From the NCBI GenBank assembly GCA_964016885.1, contig OZ024746.1, positions 71,176,001 through 71,240,000 on the forward strand: a DNA stretch of 64,000 nt, in the 5' to 3' direction. This DNA is from Eledone cirrhosa (taxonomy: Eukaryota). Under the pieces are notes generated by a model that was not told the origin of the DNA, made no database searches, and saw only the letters and a list, made by a program, of their open reading frames with translations. The position numbers and the translations under genes were made by a program. Shown here one piece after another: positions 30,011 through 43,915 of the stretch; position 1 is the first letter of the stretch; each line of letters starts with the position of its first letter.

Positions 30011-33000
30011 TAGATAATTTAATATATCAACTAACATAGACGCACAGATGTACGTCCATGCCAGCAAATACACAGGTTATGTCATAGTACCTAGGTGGTT
30101 CAATGCAGGAGGGTGCAGAACAATAATATAAAAGACGTAAAATAAGAAAATATTTTTTAAAAAAATTTTTTAAAAATTTTTTTACTTACTTACTTAAATT
30201 TTCACTCCAACTAATTAGTTTCTGCAATGGGATAAAGACAGTTACATAATCCAACTGTCGAGAATTCATTGCGTCATCAGGGAGTCTATTCTCAGCTGAG
30301 CCTCCAGGCAATGCGCGGACACTGGCGGCTCATATAAAAATAATACTTCGGTAGAAAGAACAGCTAGGCGAGGACTGGATTCTATGTACTGAAATTCTCA
30401 CTGCTTCCAGTCAAATGACCGATTCTAAAGAATCAATCACGTGACATAGAGGCTAGTTAGAAGGAATGGGATGGTAAGATGACTGACGCCTACTAACACC
30501 CCAAAAAAAATTTTGAAGTGGTTTTGGCAGGTTTGCTCGACAAATCAGTAATTTGGAGATAAATATAGATAATTTAATATATCAACTAACATAGACGCAC
30601 AGATGTACGTCCATGCCAGCAAATACACAGGTTATGTCATAGTACCTAGGTGGTTCAATGCAGGAGGGTGCAGAACAATAATATAAAAGACGTAAAATAA
30701 GAAAATATTTTTTAAAAAAATTTTTAAAAAATTTTTTTACTTACTTACTTAAATTTTCACTCCAACTAATTAGTTTCTGCAATGGGATAAAGACAGTTAC
30801 ATAATCCAACTGTCGAGAATTCATTGCGTCATCAGGGAGTCTATTCTCAGCTGAGCCTCCAGGCAATGCGCGGACACTGGCGGCTCATATAAAAATAATA
30901 CTTCGGTAGAAAGAACAGCTAGGCGAGGACTGGATTCTATGTACTGAAATTCTCACTGCTTCCAGTCAAATGACCGATTCTAAAGAATCAATCACGTGAC
31001 ATAGAGGCTAGTTAGAAGGAATGGGATGGTAAGATGACTGACGCCTACTAACACCCCAAAAAAAAATTTTGAAGTGGTTTTGGCAGGTTTGCTCGACAAA
31101 TCAGTGATTTGGAGATAAATATAGATAATTTAATATATCAACTAACATAGACGCACAGATGTACGTCCATGCCAGCAAATACACAGGTTATGTCATAGTA
31201 CCTAGGTGGTTCAATGCAGGAGGGTGCAGAACAATAATATAAAAGACGTAAAATAAGAAAATATTTTTTAAAAAAATTTTTAAAAAATTTTTTTACTTAC
31301 TTACTTAAATTTTCACTCCAACTAATTAGTTTCTGCAATGGGATAAAGACAGTTACATAATCCAACTGTCGAGAATTCATTGCGTCATCAGGGAGTCTAT
31401 TCTCAGCTGAGCCTCCAGGCAATGCGCGGACACTGGCGGCTCATATAAAAATAATACTTCGGTAGAAAGAACAGCTAGGCGAGGACTGGATTCTATGTAC
31501 TGAAATTCTCACTGCTTCCAGTCAAATGACCGATTCTAAAGAATCAATCACGTGACATAGAGGCTAGTTAGAAGGAATGGGATGGTAAGATGACTGACGC
31601 CTACTAACACCCCAAAAAAAATTTTGAAGTGGTTTTGGCAGGTTTGCTCGACAAATCAGTGATTTGGAGATAAATATAGATAATTTAATATATCAACTAA
31701 CATAGACGCACAGATGTACGTCCATGCCAGCAAATACACAGGTTATGTCATAGTACCTAGGTGGTTCAATGCAGGAGGGTGCAGAACAATAATATAAAAG
31801 ACGTAAAATAAGAAAATATTTTTTAAAAAAATTTTTAAAAAATTTTTTTACTTACTTACTTAAATTTTCACTCCAACTAATTAGTTTCTGCAATGGGATA
31901 AAGACAGTTACATAATCCAACTGTCGAGAATTCATTGCGTCATCAGGGAGTCTATTCTCAGCTGAGCCTCCAGGCAATGCGCGGACACTGGCGGCTCATA
32001 TAAAAATAATACTTCGGTAGAAAGAACAGCTAGGCGAGGACTGGATTCTATGTACTGAAATTCTCACTGCTTCCAGTCAAATGACCGATTCTAAAGAATC
32101 AATCACGTGACATAGAGGCTAGTTAGAAGGAATGGGATGGTAAGATGACTGACGCCTACTAACACCCCAAAAAAAATTTTGAAGTGGTTTTGGCAGGTTT
32201 GCTCGACAAATCAGTAATTTGGAGATAAATATAGATAATTTAATATATCAACTAACATAGACGCACAGATGTACGTCCATGCCAGCAAATACACAGGTTA
32301 TGTCATAGTACCTAGGTGGTTCAATGCAGGAGGGTGCAGAACAATAATATAAAAGACGTAAAATAAGAAAATATTTTTTAAAAAAATTTTTAAAAAATTT
32401 TTTTACTTACTTACTTAAATTTTCACTCCAACTAATTAGTTTCTGCAATGGGATAAAGACAGTTACATAATCCAACTGTCGAGAATTCATTGCGTCATCA
32501 GGGAGTCTATTCTCAGCTGAGCCTCCAGGCAATGCGCGGACACTGGCGGCTCATATAAAAATAATACTTCGGTAGAAAGAACAGCTAGGCGAGGACTGGA
32601 TTCTATGTACTGAAATTCTCACTGCTTCCAGTCAAATGACCGATTCTAAAGAATCAATCACGTGACATAGAGGCTAGTTAGAAGGAATGGGATGGTAAGA
32701 TGACTGACGCCTACTAACACCCCAAAAAAAATTTTGAAGTGGTTTTGGCAGGTTTGCTCGACAAATCAGTGATTTGGAGATAAATATAGATAATTTAATA
32801 TATCAACTAACATAGACGCACAGATGTACGTCCATGCCAGCAAATACACAGGTTATGTCATAGTACCTAGGTGGTTCAATGCAGGAGGGTGCAGAACAAT
32901 AATATAAAAGACGTAAAATAAGAAAATATTTTTTAAAAAAATTTTTAAAAAATTTTTTTACTTACTTACTTAAATTTTCACTCCAACTAATTAGTTTCTG

Positions 33001-35265
33001 CAATGGGATAAAGACAGTTACATAATCCAACTGTCGAGAATTCATTGCGTCATCAGGGAGTCTATTCTCAGCTGAGCCTCCAGGCAATGCGCGGACACTG
33101 GCGGCTCATATAAAAATAATACTTCGGTAGAAAGAACAGCTAGGCGAGGACTGGATTCTATGTACTGAAATTCTCACTGCTTCCAGTCAAATGACCGATT
33201 CTAAAGAATCAATCACGTGACATAGAGGCTAGTTAGAAGGAATGGGATGGTAAGATGACTGACGCCTACTAACACCCCAAAAAAAAATTTTGAAGTGGTT
33301 TTGGCAGGTTTGCTCGACAAATCAGTGATTTGGAGATAAATATAGATAATTTAATATATCAACTAACATAGACGCACAGATGTACGTCCATGCCAGCAAA
33401 TACACAGGTTATGTCATAGTACCTAGGTGGTTCAATGCAGGAGGGTGCAGAACAATAATATAAAAGACGTAAAATAAGAAAATATTTTTTAAAAAAATTT
33501 TAAAAAAATTTTTTTACTTACTTACTTAAATTTTCACTCCAACTAATTAGTTTCTGCAATGGGATAAAGACAGTTACATAATCCAACTGTCGAGAATTCA
33601 TTGCGTCATCAGGGAGTCTATTCTCAGCTGAGCCTCCAGGCAATGCGCGGACACTGGCGGCTCATATAAAAATAATACTTCGGTAGAAAGAACAGCTAGG
33701 CGAGGACTGGATTCTATGTACTGAAATTCTCACTGCTTCCAGTCAAATGACCGATTCTAAAGAATCAATCACGTGACATAGAGGCTAGTTAGAAGGAATG
33801 GGATGGTAAGATGACTGACGCCTACTAACACCCCAAAAAAAATTTTGAAGTGGTTTTGGCAGGTTTGCTCGACAAATCAGTGATTTGGAGATAAATATAG
33901 ATAATTTAATATATCAACTAACATAGACGCACAGATGTACGTCCATGCCAGCAAATACACAGGTTATGTCATAGTACCTAGGTGGTTCAATGCAGGAGGG
34001 TGCAGAACAATAATATAAAAGACGTAAAATAAGAAAATATTTTTTAAAAAAATTTTTAAAAAATTTTTTTACTTACTTACTTAAATTTTCACTCCAACTA
34101 ATTAGTTTCTGCAATGGGATAAAGACAGTTACATAATCCAACTGTCGAGAATTCATTGCGTCATCAGGGAGTCTATTCTCAGCTGAGCCTCCAGGCAATG
34201 CGCGGACACTGGCGGCTCATATAAAAATAATACTTCGGTAGAAAGAACAGCTAGGCGAGGACTGGATTCTATGTACTGAAATTCTCACTGCTTCCAGTCA
34301 AATGACCGATTCTAAAGAATCAATCACGTGACATAGAGGCTAGTTAGAAGGAATGGGATGGTAAGATGACTGACGCCTACTAACACCCCAAAAAAAATTT
34401 TGAAGTGGTTTTGGCAGGTTTGCTCGACAAATCAGTGATTTGGAGATAAATATAGATAATTTAATATATCAACTAACATAGACGCACAGATGTACGTCCA
34501 TGCCAGCAAATACACAGGTTATGTCATAGTACCTAGGTGGTTCAATGCAGGAGGGTGCAGAACAATAATATAAAAGACGTAAAATAAGAAAATATTTTTT
34601 AAAAAAATTTTTAAAAAATTTTTTTACTTACTTACTTAAATTTTCACTCCAACTAATTAGTTTCTGCAATGGGATAAAGACAGTTACATAATCCAACTGT
34701 CGAGAATTCATTGCGTCATCAGGGAGTCTATTCTCAGCTGAGCCTCCAGGCAATGCGCGGACACTGGCGGCTCATATAAAAATAATACTTCGGTAGAAAG
34801 AACAGCTAGGCGAGGACTGGATTCTATGTACTGAAATTCTCACTGCTTCCAGTCAAATGACCGATTCTAAAGAATCAATCACGTGACATAGAGGCTAGTT
34901 AGAAGGAATGGGATGGTAAGATGACTGACGCCTACTAACACCCCAAAAAAAATTTTGAAGTGGTTTTGGCAGGTTTGCTCGACAAATCAGTGATTTGGAG
35001 ATAAATATAGATAATTTAATATATCAACTAACATAGACGCACAGATGTACGTCCATGCCAGCAAATACACAGGTTATGTCATAGTACCTAGGTGGTTCAA
35101 TGCAGGAGGGTGCAGAACAATAATATAAAAGACGTAAAATAAGAAAATATTTTTTAAAAAAATTTTTAAAAAATTTTTTTACTTACTTACTTAAATTTTC
35201 ACTCCAACTAATTAGTTTCTGCAATGGGATAAAGACAGTTACATAATCCAACTGTCGAGAATTCA
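30011..35265 (-). repeat. Tandem array of 9 full plus 1 partial 555/556-bp units, each full unit with a hammerhead ribozyme (retrozyme-like)
   Basis: Unit starts at 30011, 30566, 31122, 31677, 32232, 32787, 33343, 33898, 34453 and 35008. Units differ only by an A/G SNP and A/T-run details. No ORF of 60 aa or more. Confidence 0.95.
30204..30285 (-). ncRNA. Type I hammerhead ribozyme (first of 9 copies, period about 555 bp)
   Basis: Minus strand: ACTCC-CTGATGA-c-GCAATG-aattctc-GACAGTT-ggattatgt-AACTGTC-tttatcc-CATTGC-a-GAA-ACTAATTAGT-T-GGAGT. 5-bp stem I, extended stem II, palindromic stem III, GUU site. Confidence 0.88.
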
Positions 35266-35351
35266 AAACTAATTAGTTGGAGTGAAAATTTAAGTAAGTA
35301 AGTAAAAACATTTTTTAAAAATTTTTTTAAAAAATATTTTCTTGTTTTACG

Positions 35352-35360
<9 letters not shown>
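35266..35360 (+). repeat. Inverted partial unit capping the array
   Basis: Reverse complement of the unit segment TATAAAAGACG..CTAATTAGTTT with 2 substitutions, followed by (TA)n. Confidence 0.9.
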
Positions 35361-35428
<68 letters not shown>

Positions 35429-35431
35429 TAC

Positions 35432-35499
<68 letters not shown>

Positions 35500-35844
35500 T
35501 GTATATATATATATATATACTGTATATATATGTATATATATATATGTTTATAAATATATATGTATATATATATATATACATATTATATATATATACATAT
35601 TATATATATAAATATATATATAGATATGTCTGTGTGTGTGTGTGTGTGTGTGTGCGTGTTATTTTTGCATTCTTAACCTACGCGCCATTACAAATATGTT
35701 TGAGACCATTTCTGCCAATAGTTTACTTCTTGATACAATGTTTCTATTTCAGTATCCCTGTTGTATCCATTTTCATGTCTTCATACCCAATATTTCTTTT
35801 GGTTTTCATTTGTGCCAAAAGTAGAAACAATTATTTTACTGGCT

Positions 35845-36065
35845 TTAGATTGGCAGTATCATTAGAGGATCGGACGCCTTGCTTTGCAGCATAGAGTTAC
35901 GGCTCTTTATGATATGAGCTCAAATCCCGCCGAGGTTAACTTTGCCTTTCATCCTTATTGGGTCGATAAAATAAAGTACCAGTCACGCATTGGGGTTGAT
36001 TTAATCGACTTTCCCTTCCCCCCAAATTACTTTGCCTTGTGCCTATATAAGAAACCATTATTTTA
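35845..36065 (+). mobile_element. tRNA-derived SINE (Meta-SINE-like)
   Basis: TTGGCAGTATCATTAGAG..GAGCTCAAATCCCGCCGAGGTTAACTTTGCCTTTCATCC..GTCGATAAAATAAAGTACCAG. Confidence 0.8.
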
Positions 36066-36300
36066 CTGGCTTTAGCCATTAGACTGCGGTCATACTGGTG
36101 CAACAACTTTCATGGGATTTTTAGTCGATTTTGACTAGAGTACTTGTTCTTATTTTCACGTCTGGTACCTTCTTGTTGTTGTGTGTATGTCTCTGATCGG
36201 GTATGTGTGAGAGTGTGTGCATGTGAGTGTATGCATATATATGTATGTATAAATATAAGCATGCAAACATTTATGGGTGAGTGCCATTATATATATTTGC

Positions 36301-36379
<79 letters not shown>

Positions 36380-36985
36380 TTATAAACTCAAAATAGTCTT
36401 TTACAGTTAAATAGTTCAAAGAAGGGAATATTTCTGAGTCGTGTAATACAATGAATATATGATAGGTATGTACACCTATACAAGTATACATGTGTTCACA
36501 TTACAAATGACCAAGTTAGCTAGATTGAAAATTACTAATTTAAAATAATATGGTTTGCCTGTCTCGACTTAAGATAAATCAATAAAAATAAAAATAACAA
36601 ACCTATATTGGCAATAGCCGTTATACCCGGACAGATTTTAAAATTTGTTGGCAAATTTTAAAATTTGTTTCGCAACAATTAAGTGAAAGTTAATATTCTT
36701 GTGCCTTTCGATGGGTATCCAGAAATTAGCAAGTTTCACTTCAAAATACTTAAGAAGACTGAGATAAATGTGCTTTTGAACGCACATGCGTCACAGCGCC
36801 TAACTCGTCCCATACCCGTGCCGCTAAAAATAGCAGTCGGTTTTATGGGACTAAATTAGCTCTACGTGAAGAGCCGAAAATATTATACATAGAGTTAAAT
36901 TATTAATTTTCAACTCAGCGAACTTAGTCATTTGCAATGCGAACACATGTATATTTGTATCAGTGTTTATACCTCTCATATATTC

Positions 36986-37057
<72 letters not shown>

Positions 37058-37060
<3 letters not shown>

Positions 37061-37196
37061 TCAATACTTAGGGTAGTAGAGTGGGTGATAGGAAAATGTT
37101 TAACCCCGACGGCAGAGCTCAAGACGCTTCGACGGCTATTTCTGGAATAGCCGTCGAAACGGCTTGTGCTCTGCCGTCGGGGTTAAACATTTTCCT
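37058..37196 (-). mobile_element. Family A fold-back element
   Basis: Inverted arms around CTATTTCTGGAATAG; (TA)n flanks. Confidence 0.75.
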
Positions 37197-37993
37197 ATAT
37201 ATATATATATTGTTTGTGCGTATGTGTGTGTATGTATGTATATATGTGTGTATATATATGTGTGTGTGTGTGTTGTGTGTGTGTATACACATGTTTGTAT
37301 GTGTGTGTGTTGAAGTGTCTATGAGTGTGTGAGAGTGTGTGTGTGTGTGTGTGTTGAAGTGTCTGTGAGAGGGAGTGTGTTTATGTGTAAGTGTACATGC
37401 GTGAGTGCGTCGTATACGTGTGTGTATAAAGAGGGGATTTACTGAGTGCAATCTGTTGATTACAGCCAATCGACTGCCGCTGATATAGTGAGTGAGTGTC
37501 ACGTATGGTATGGCTTCACACTATACCGCCACTCCCTACACGGCACGTCCCCTTACAAACCGCAACCCACAGCAAGTAGCCAGGACACTAACCAACAAAC
37601 AAACCTCAATTACCACATACAGACCTCCTCGACCCCTTCACAAACCTGTCTGAAACCAACCCGTCTCTAATCTCCACACACGCGCACAAACACAAACGCA
37701 AACACACACACACACACACACACAGACACACACACACACACGCTTTCACACCAGACAAATCTAACGAAGCCAAAATGTCCCCTCCGCCGTCTGTATACCA
37801 CTGTGACAGACACCACCATGATCAACAACACCAGCACAACCGCCATCACTATATTTCCTACCAGCATGACAACATAAACTCGTCAGACCACACCCACAAC
37901 CAGCACCCATACACTTCTACCACCACCATCATACACGCCCAACCACACGGTAGTCTCTCGTTCTCCCCCTCCCCCCCCCTCTCTCTCTCTCTC

Positions 37994-38081
<88 letters not shown>

Positions 38082-38083
38082 TG

Positions 38084-38138
<55 letters not shown>

Positions 38139-38141
<3 letters not shown>

Positions 38142-38417
38142 AACTGAATTCAGTCCAGAATTAGCCGTCGAAACGGCTTGAGCTCAGCCGTCGGGGTCTT
38201 ACTTGTTCCTATTACCCACTCTACTACCCTAAGTATTGAGTACTTTGGTGCGTTATGGTCCACCTGGTTCCTTACCACTTTTCCTTCGTTATATATATAT
38301 ATATATATACATATATACTTATATACATATATAATATATAATATATATATATATATATATAAAGGAGTAGGACCCCGACGGCTGAGCTCAAGCCGTTTCG
38401 ACGGCTAATTCTGGACT
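38139..38417. mobile_element. Two family A pieces (38139-38290 +, 38363-38417 inverted)
   Basis: GTCGAAACGGCTTGAGCTCAGCCGTCGGGG plus tail to CCTTCGT; the second piece abuts the RTE. Confidence 0.75.
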
Positions 38418-40321
38418 CCGGGTATAGCTGCCGAGATGCTGAAGGCATCTGGGTCTGTAGGTCACACTATAACCACACGTATCGTTAACCAGGTAATACT
38501 AGAGGGGGCCATACCAAAAGATTGGTGCAGTAGCATCATTGTCAACTGCTACAAAGGTAAAGGCGATGCACTAGATAGAGGAAACTATAGAGGTATAAAG
38601 TTGATGGACCAGGTCATGAAAGTAACAGAAAGAGTTATAGCACAGCTGATTAGGGACCGGGTGAATATAGACGAGATGCAATTTGGGTTTGTACCAGGGA
38701 AAGGCACCACTGATGCCCTCTTCCTTGTGAGGCAATTACAGGAAAAGTACCTAGCTAAAAGTAAGCCACTCTACTTGGCATTTGTCGACCTTGAGAAAGC
38801 CTTTGACAGAGTTCCACGTGCAGTAATCTGGTGGGCTCTTAGAAAACTAGGAGTAGATGAATGGCTTGTGAAAGCGGTACAAGCCATGTATAGGGGAGCA
38901 GTCAGCAAAGTTAGGATTGGCAATGAGTATAGCGAGGAATTTAGCGTACAGGTTGGGGTCCACCAGGGCTCTGTTCTTAGCCCTCTCCTGTTCATCATAG
39001 TCCTGCAGGCAATAACGGAGGAGTTTAAGACCGGATGCCCATGGGAACTCCTGTATGCTGATGACCTCGCACTCATAGCTGAATCTATGGTAGAACTAGA
39101 GAATAAATTCCAAACCTGGAAGCAGGGACTAGAGAGAAAGGGCCTTAAAGTCAACATGACAAAGACTAAGGTCCTTATAAGTAGACGAGAAAACAGAACC
39201 CAGATCCCCTCAGGGAAATGGCCTTGCTCAGTATGTAGGAAAGGTGTAGGTAGGAACTCCATTCTCTGCCCCAAATGCAAACAATGGGTACACAAGAGAT
39301 GTAGCGGGATCTCAGGAAGCTTAATTAAGAATGTAGGATTCACATGCAGCAGCTGTGCTGAAACAGCAAGCAAACAGCCACAGGAAACAAGTACCACCAA
39401 TCTCTGGGAGGGCCCTGTAGAAACAGTAGACAGCTTCTGCTACCTAGGTGACCGAATTAGCAACGGAGGTGGGTGCTCAGAAAGTACAATAACTAGGGTA
39501 AGAACGGGATGGAAGAAGTTTAGGGAACTACTACCACTGCTAGCTGCAAAAGGCTTCTCCCTCAGAATGAAAGGCAGACTGTATGATGCGTGTATCCGAA
39601 CAGCGATGTTGCATGGTAGTGAGACCTGGGCGCTGAAGGTGGAAGACTTACGTAGATTAGAGAGAAACGAAGCCTGCATGCTCTGATGGATGTGTAACAG
39701 TAATATACGTGAACGACAAAGCATAAAGGAATTGAGAGAGAGACTGAGCATAAGAGGAATCAAATGCTGCGTGCAGGAGAGGCGGTTACGCTGGTATGGA
39801 CATGTGATGCGTATGAAGGATGACAGTTGCATAAAAAGGTGCAGAGCACTAGAAGTTGATGGAAACCGCGGAGTGGGGAGACCCAAGATGGCTTGGGATG
39901 AGGTGATAAAAGCCGACCTTACCCAACTACACCTCTCAAAGTCAATGACACACGACCGTGACTTCTGGCGTCACGCAGTAATACAGGGTACCCGACCTCC
40001 CATGGGTACATGCTGAAGCATATAAACAATATGCCCCCCCCCCCCCCACCGCAAGGTGGTCGTGGAGGTGCCACGGCAAAAAAGCACCCAGCCCACACTG
40101 TAAAGTGGACGTGTAGGCGCCACGAAAAAGCACCCAGCACTCACTGTAAATGAGGTTGGTGTTAGGAAGGGCATCCAGCTGTAGAAATCAAGCCAGATCA
40201 GTTCCTGTATGAGCAAGGCATGGTCAGCCGACCAGACACTGCCCACAACAGGACAACCCGTCTAACCCATGCTAGCGTGGAAGAACGGACGTAAAACGGT
40301 GATAATGATGATGATGATGAT
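38418..40321 (+). mobile_element. 5'-truncated RTE-clade LINE (RT with internal PHD-like zinc finger), one premature stop, (ATG)n tail
   Basis: ORF 38436..39686 has NYRGIKL, QFGFVPG, DLEKAFD, HQGSVLSP, LYADD and CSVC..CPKC..WVHKRC. TGA at 39684, then RRLRWYGHVMR..GRPKMAW; ends GATAATGATGATGATGATGAT. Confidence 0.92.
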
Positions 40322-40334
40322 ACATATATATATA

Positions 40335-40994
40335 TGGTAAAGAATCAAACGAAATTTCATTTGTCACTCTTAGTACGGCTGGTACTTAAATGTAAGTATG
40401 TATTTATGTACACGTACATACATATATGTATACAGACGTACAGTAGTATGTATATATATACGTACATGCACACACATATATAAATGTATGTATCGGTTTA
40501 CCAAACATTTATTATAATGTTCGGTTTGTTTGTAAACAAACAGCCCGAATTACGCCGTACAGTGTTCAGGCAACCATCGTCACCTTTTTGTTCAACACTG
40601 ACACAAGAACGATGTACTAGTTTCAAGCTTATTAGCTATCATCAGCATCGTATACCTTTCTGTCAGATCGTTGAACGTCTGAAAGTATATACTTTCCTTA
40701 TGCATATTAACGGCTGAGCAGCCTAATTTGCATATCGAGTGAGTTAGTCGGCCGGGCGCACCGAAAATGATAAATGGAAAAGAAACAAACCGAGCATTAT
40801 AATAAATTTTCGGTAAACCCATACGTACATATATATATGTGTGCATGTATGTATATACATACTACTGTACGCCTGTATACATATATGTATATACGTGTAC
40901 ATACATACTTAGATTTAAGTACCAGCCGTACTAAGAGTGAGAATTGGAATTTTGTTTCATTCTTTTCCATTTATCATTTAACGATCGTTTCTGG

Positions 40995-41000
<6 letters not shown>
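40335..41000. mobile_element. Penelope-like inverted terminal structure around a hammerhead
   Basis: 40345-40535 is an imperfect inverted copy of 40780-40970; hammerhead in the spacer; (TA)n flanks. Confidence 0.65.
40609..40651 (-). ncRNA. Minimal type I hammerhead ribozyme
   Basis: Minus strand: ACGATG-CTGATGA-t-AGCT-aata-AGCT-t-GAA-ACTAGT-A-CATCGT. 6-bp stem I, palindromic ACTAGT, GUA site. Confidence 0.85.
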
Positions 41001-41062
<62 letters not shown>

Positions 41063-41174
41063 AGAGAGAGAAATATAAATATATATATATATTAAAAGTG
41101 AGTGCGTCGAAACAGCGACCCACAGCAGACAGCCGAAGAGTGGGGATTTTCCTTATATGTGTGTTTCTCTTACG

Positions 41175-41298
<124 letters not shown>

Positions 41299-41323
41299 CT
41301 CTCTCTCCTCTCTATTACATATT

Positions 41324-41404
<81 letters not shown>

Positions 41405-41577
41405 TTCATTGGTATTTCATCGCTTTAACGACCATATACCTCTGGTTGGTGCGAGCAACGGCTAAAGAAAGTCGTTGGGACACGTAAATAAGGGGAACAA
41501 GCGAGACAGTAAAGAAACAAAGATGGTAATGCAACGAAAAGTGAGGAAGGAGTCAAGTCCCTGAAATCGATGAACAT

Positions 41578-41675
41578 AAGTATGGGTTTACCGAACATTT
41601 ATTATAATGTTCGGTTTGTTTGTAAGTATGAGCCGTACTAAGAGTGAGAAATGAAATTTCATTTCATCCTTTTCC

Positions 41676-41729
<54 letters not shown>

Positions 41730-41971
41730 GGAGAGAGAGAAATATATATATATATATATAAATATATATATATATATGTAAGTATGTATACGTACATACA
41801 TATATGTATACAGACGTACAGTAGTATGTTTATATATACATACATGCACACACATATATATATATATATATGTACGTATGGGTTTACCGAACAGTTATTA
41901 TAATGTTCGGTTTGTTTGTAAGTATCAGCCGTACTAAGTGTGAGAAATGAAATTTCATTTCATTCTTTTCC

Positions 41972-42031
<60 letters not shown>

Positions 42032-42273
42032 GAAAGGAGAGAGAGAAATATATATATATATATATAAATATATATATATATATGTAAGTATGTATACGTA
42101 CATACATATATGTATACAGACGTACAGTAGTATGTTTATATATACATACATGCACACACACATATATATATATGTACGTATGGGTTTACCGAACATTTAT
42201 TATAATGTTCGGTTTGTTTGTAAGTATCAGCCGTACTAAGAGTGAGAAATGAAATTTCATTTCATTCTTTTCC

Positions 42274-42323
<50 letters not shown>

Positions 42324-42343
42324 GAAAGGAGAGAGAGAAATAT

Positions 42344-42381
<38 letters not shown>

Positions 42382-42573
42382 GTAAGTATGTATACGTACA
42401 TACATATATGTATACAGACGTACAGTAGTATGTTTATATATACATACATGCACACACATATATATATATATATGTACGTATGGGTTTACCGAACAGTTAT
42501 TATAATGTTCGGTTTGTTTATAAGTATCAGCCGTACTAAGTGTGAGAAATGAAATTTCATTTCATTCTTTTCC

Positions 42574-42580
<7 letters not shown>
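41578..42580. repeat. About 300-bp tandem repeat (3.3 copies) with embedded variable (TA)n, derived from the 40335-41000 element tail
   Basis: GTATGGGTTTACCGAACA..AATGTTCGGTTTG..GCCGTACTAAG recurs at about 41580, 41876, 42178 and 42478. Confidence 0.85.
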
Positions 42581-42613
<33 letters not shown>

Positions 42614-42802
42614 TATAAAATAATACAACTGGCCATCCGCAAACTACGTATAGCTAGCACCCCAAACGTATAATTGGGATTATACTAAGGTATATCCTAA
42701 TGTTTGTTGAGTGAGACGGAAGCCGGTCGGAGTATTACTTAAAGCTTTCTCTGTTAATGTATTAAATATATATATATATATATATTTATAAAACAAAGTT
42801 TG

Positions 42803-42867
42803 TATTTTATCTGATGAAAGCGTACTAATATTGTCTTGGTTACCCTTGAAATATATATAATAAAATA
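42803..42867 (+). ncRNA. Type I hammerhead ribozyme
   Basis: TATTTTAT-CTGATGA-AAG..CTT-GAAAT-ATAT-ATA-ATAAAATA. 8-bp stem I, AUA site. The downstream tail is also present rearranged at about 49445-49600. Confidence 0.75.
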
Positions 42868-43542
42868 AATATGGTTTTATAAATATAGTTTACATTTATT
42901 AAATATCATTGAATATTTACTCCAGAAATCTGTTGAGTGCTCTAAATCAGTTATAAACATTGATGTTTGTCTGACTTCCAACAAATTAAATACCACTTCT
43001 ACTTATATATATATATATATATATATATGAAAATATGGGTGAGAAGAATACTACTGGTTGCACATGGATAACATGTTATAAAATGAGTCCCTCATCAGTG
43101 ATTTACCAAACGATCATGGGTATTTCATCGCATTAAAAATCATATACCTCACGTTGGAGCGATAATAACTAAAATAAGTTATTAGGACAATAGAAACGCG
43201 TAAAGCGAGTGAGACAAGTAAACAACACAGGGGGAAGCTAACCGAAGATGGAAATAAACACAAGCAACATAGTTATTCTTTCAGCATAAGCTGTGTGAAT
43301 ATATGAGCGAGACAGAAAACAGACCTTTCGCTAGTGAATCCGGTGTTAGAAAGTAGCAGGTCTTGACATTGGACTGCGGAAACTATGTATCCATTAGTCT
43401 TTTCACTGCTGATGATACGTCACGGTTGCACGTGACGGTTGCATTTTCTGGCAGAATGGGATAGGATTTGAACTCAAGAGTGCAGAAAACCGGAACAAGT
43501 GCCTGGGCATTCAATCTGGCTCTACCCAACGTCTCTGCGTGC

Positions 43543-43667
<125 letters not shown>

Positions 43668-43781
43668 TAAAGTTAGTCCTTCATCAGTGATCTTCCAACC
43701 TTCATTGGTATATATATATGTATATATATATGAAAAAAAAAACTATATATATATATATATATATATATGAAAAAAAAACAA

Positions 43782-43822
<41 letters not shown>

Positions 43823-43861
43823 AATGAAGGTTGGAAGATCACTGATGAAGGACTAACTTTA

Positions 43862-43911
<50 letters not shown>

Positions 43912-43915
<4 letters not shown>

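Noticed and set aside
30011-35265. CRISPR array, 5S/tRNA/snRNA tandem genes or an ambisense viroid-like unit
   Set aside because: No unique spacers, no recognisable RNA-gene sequence, and no hammerhead core found on the plus strand.
43399-43440. CTGATGA followed by hairpin CGTCACG/CGTGACG
   Set aside because: No GAAA, stem III or stem I follows.
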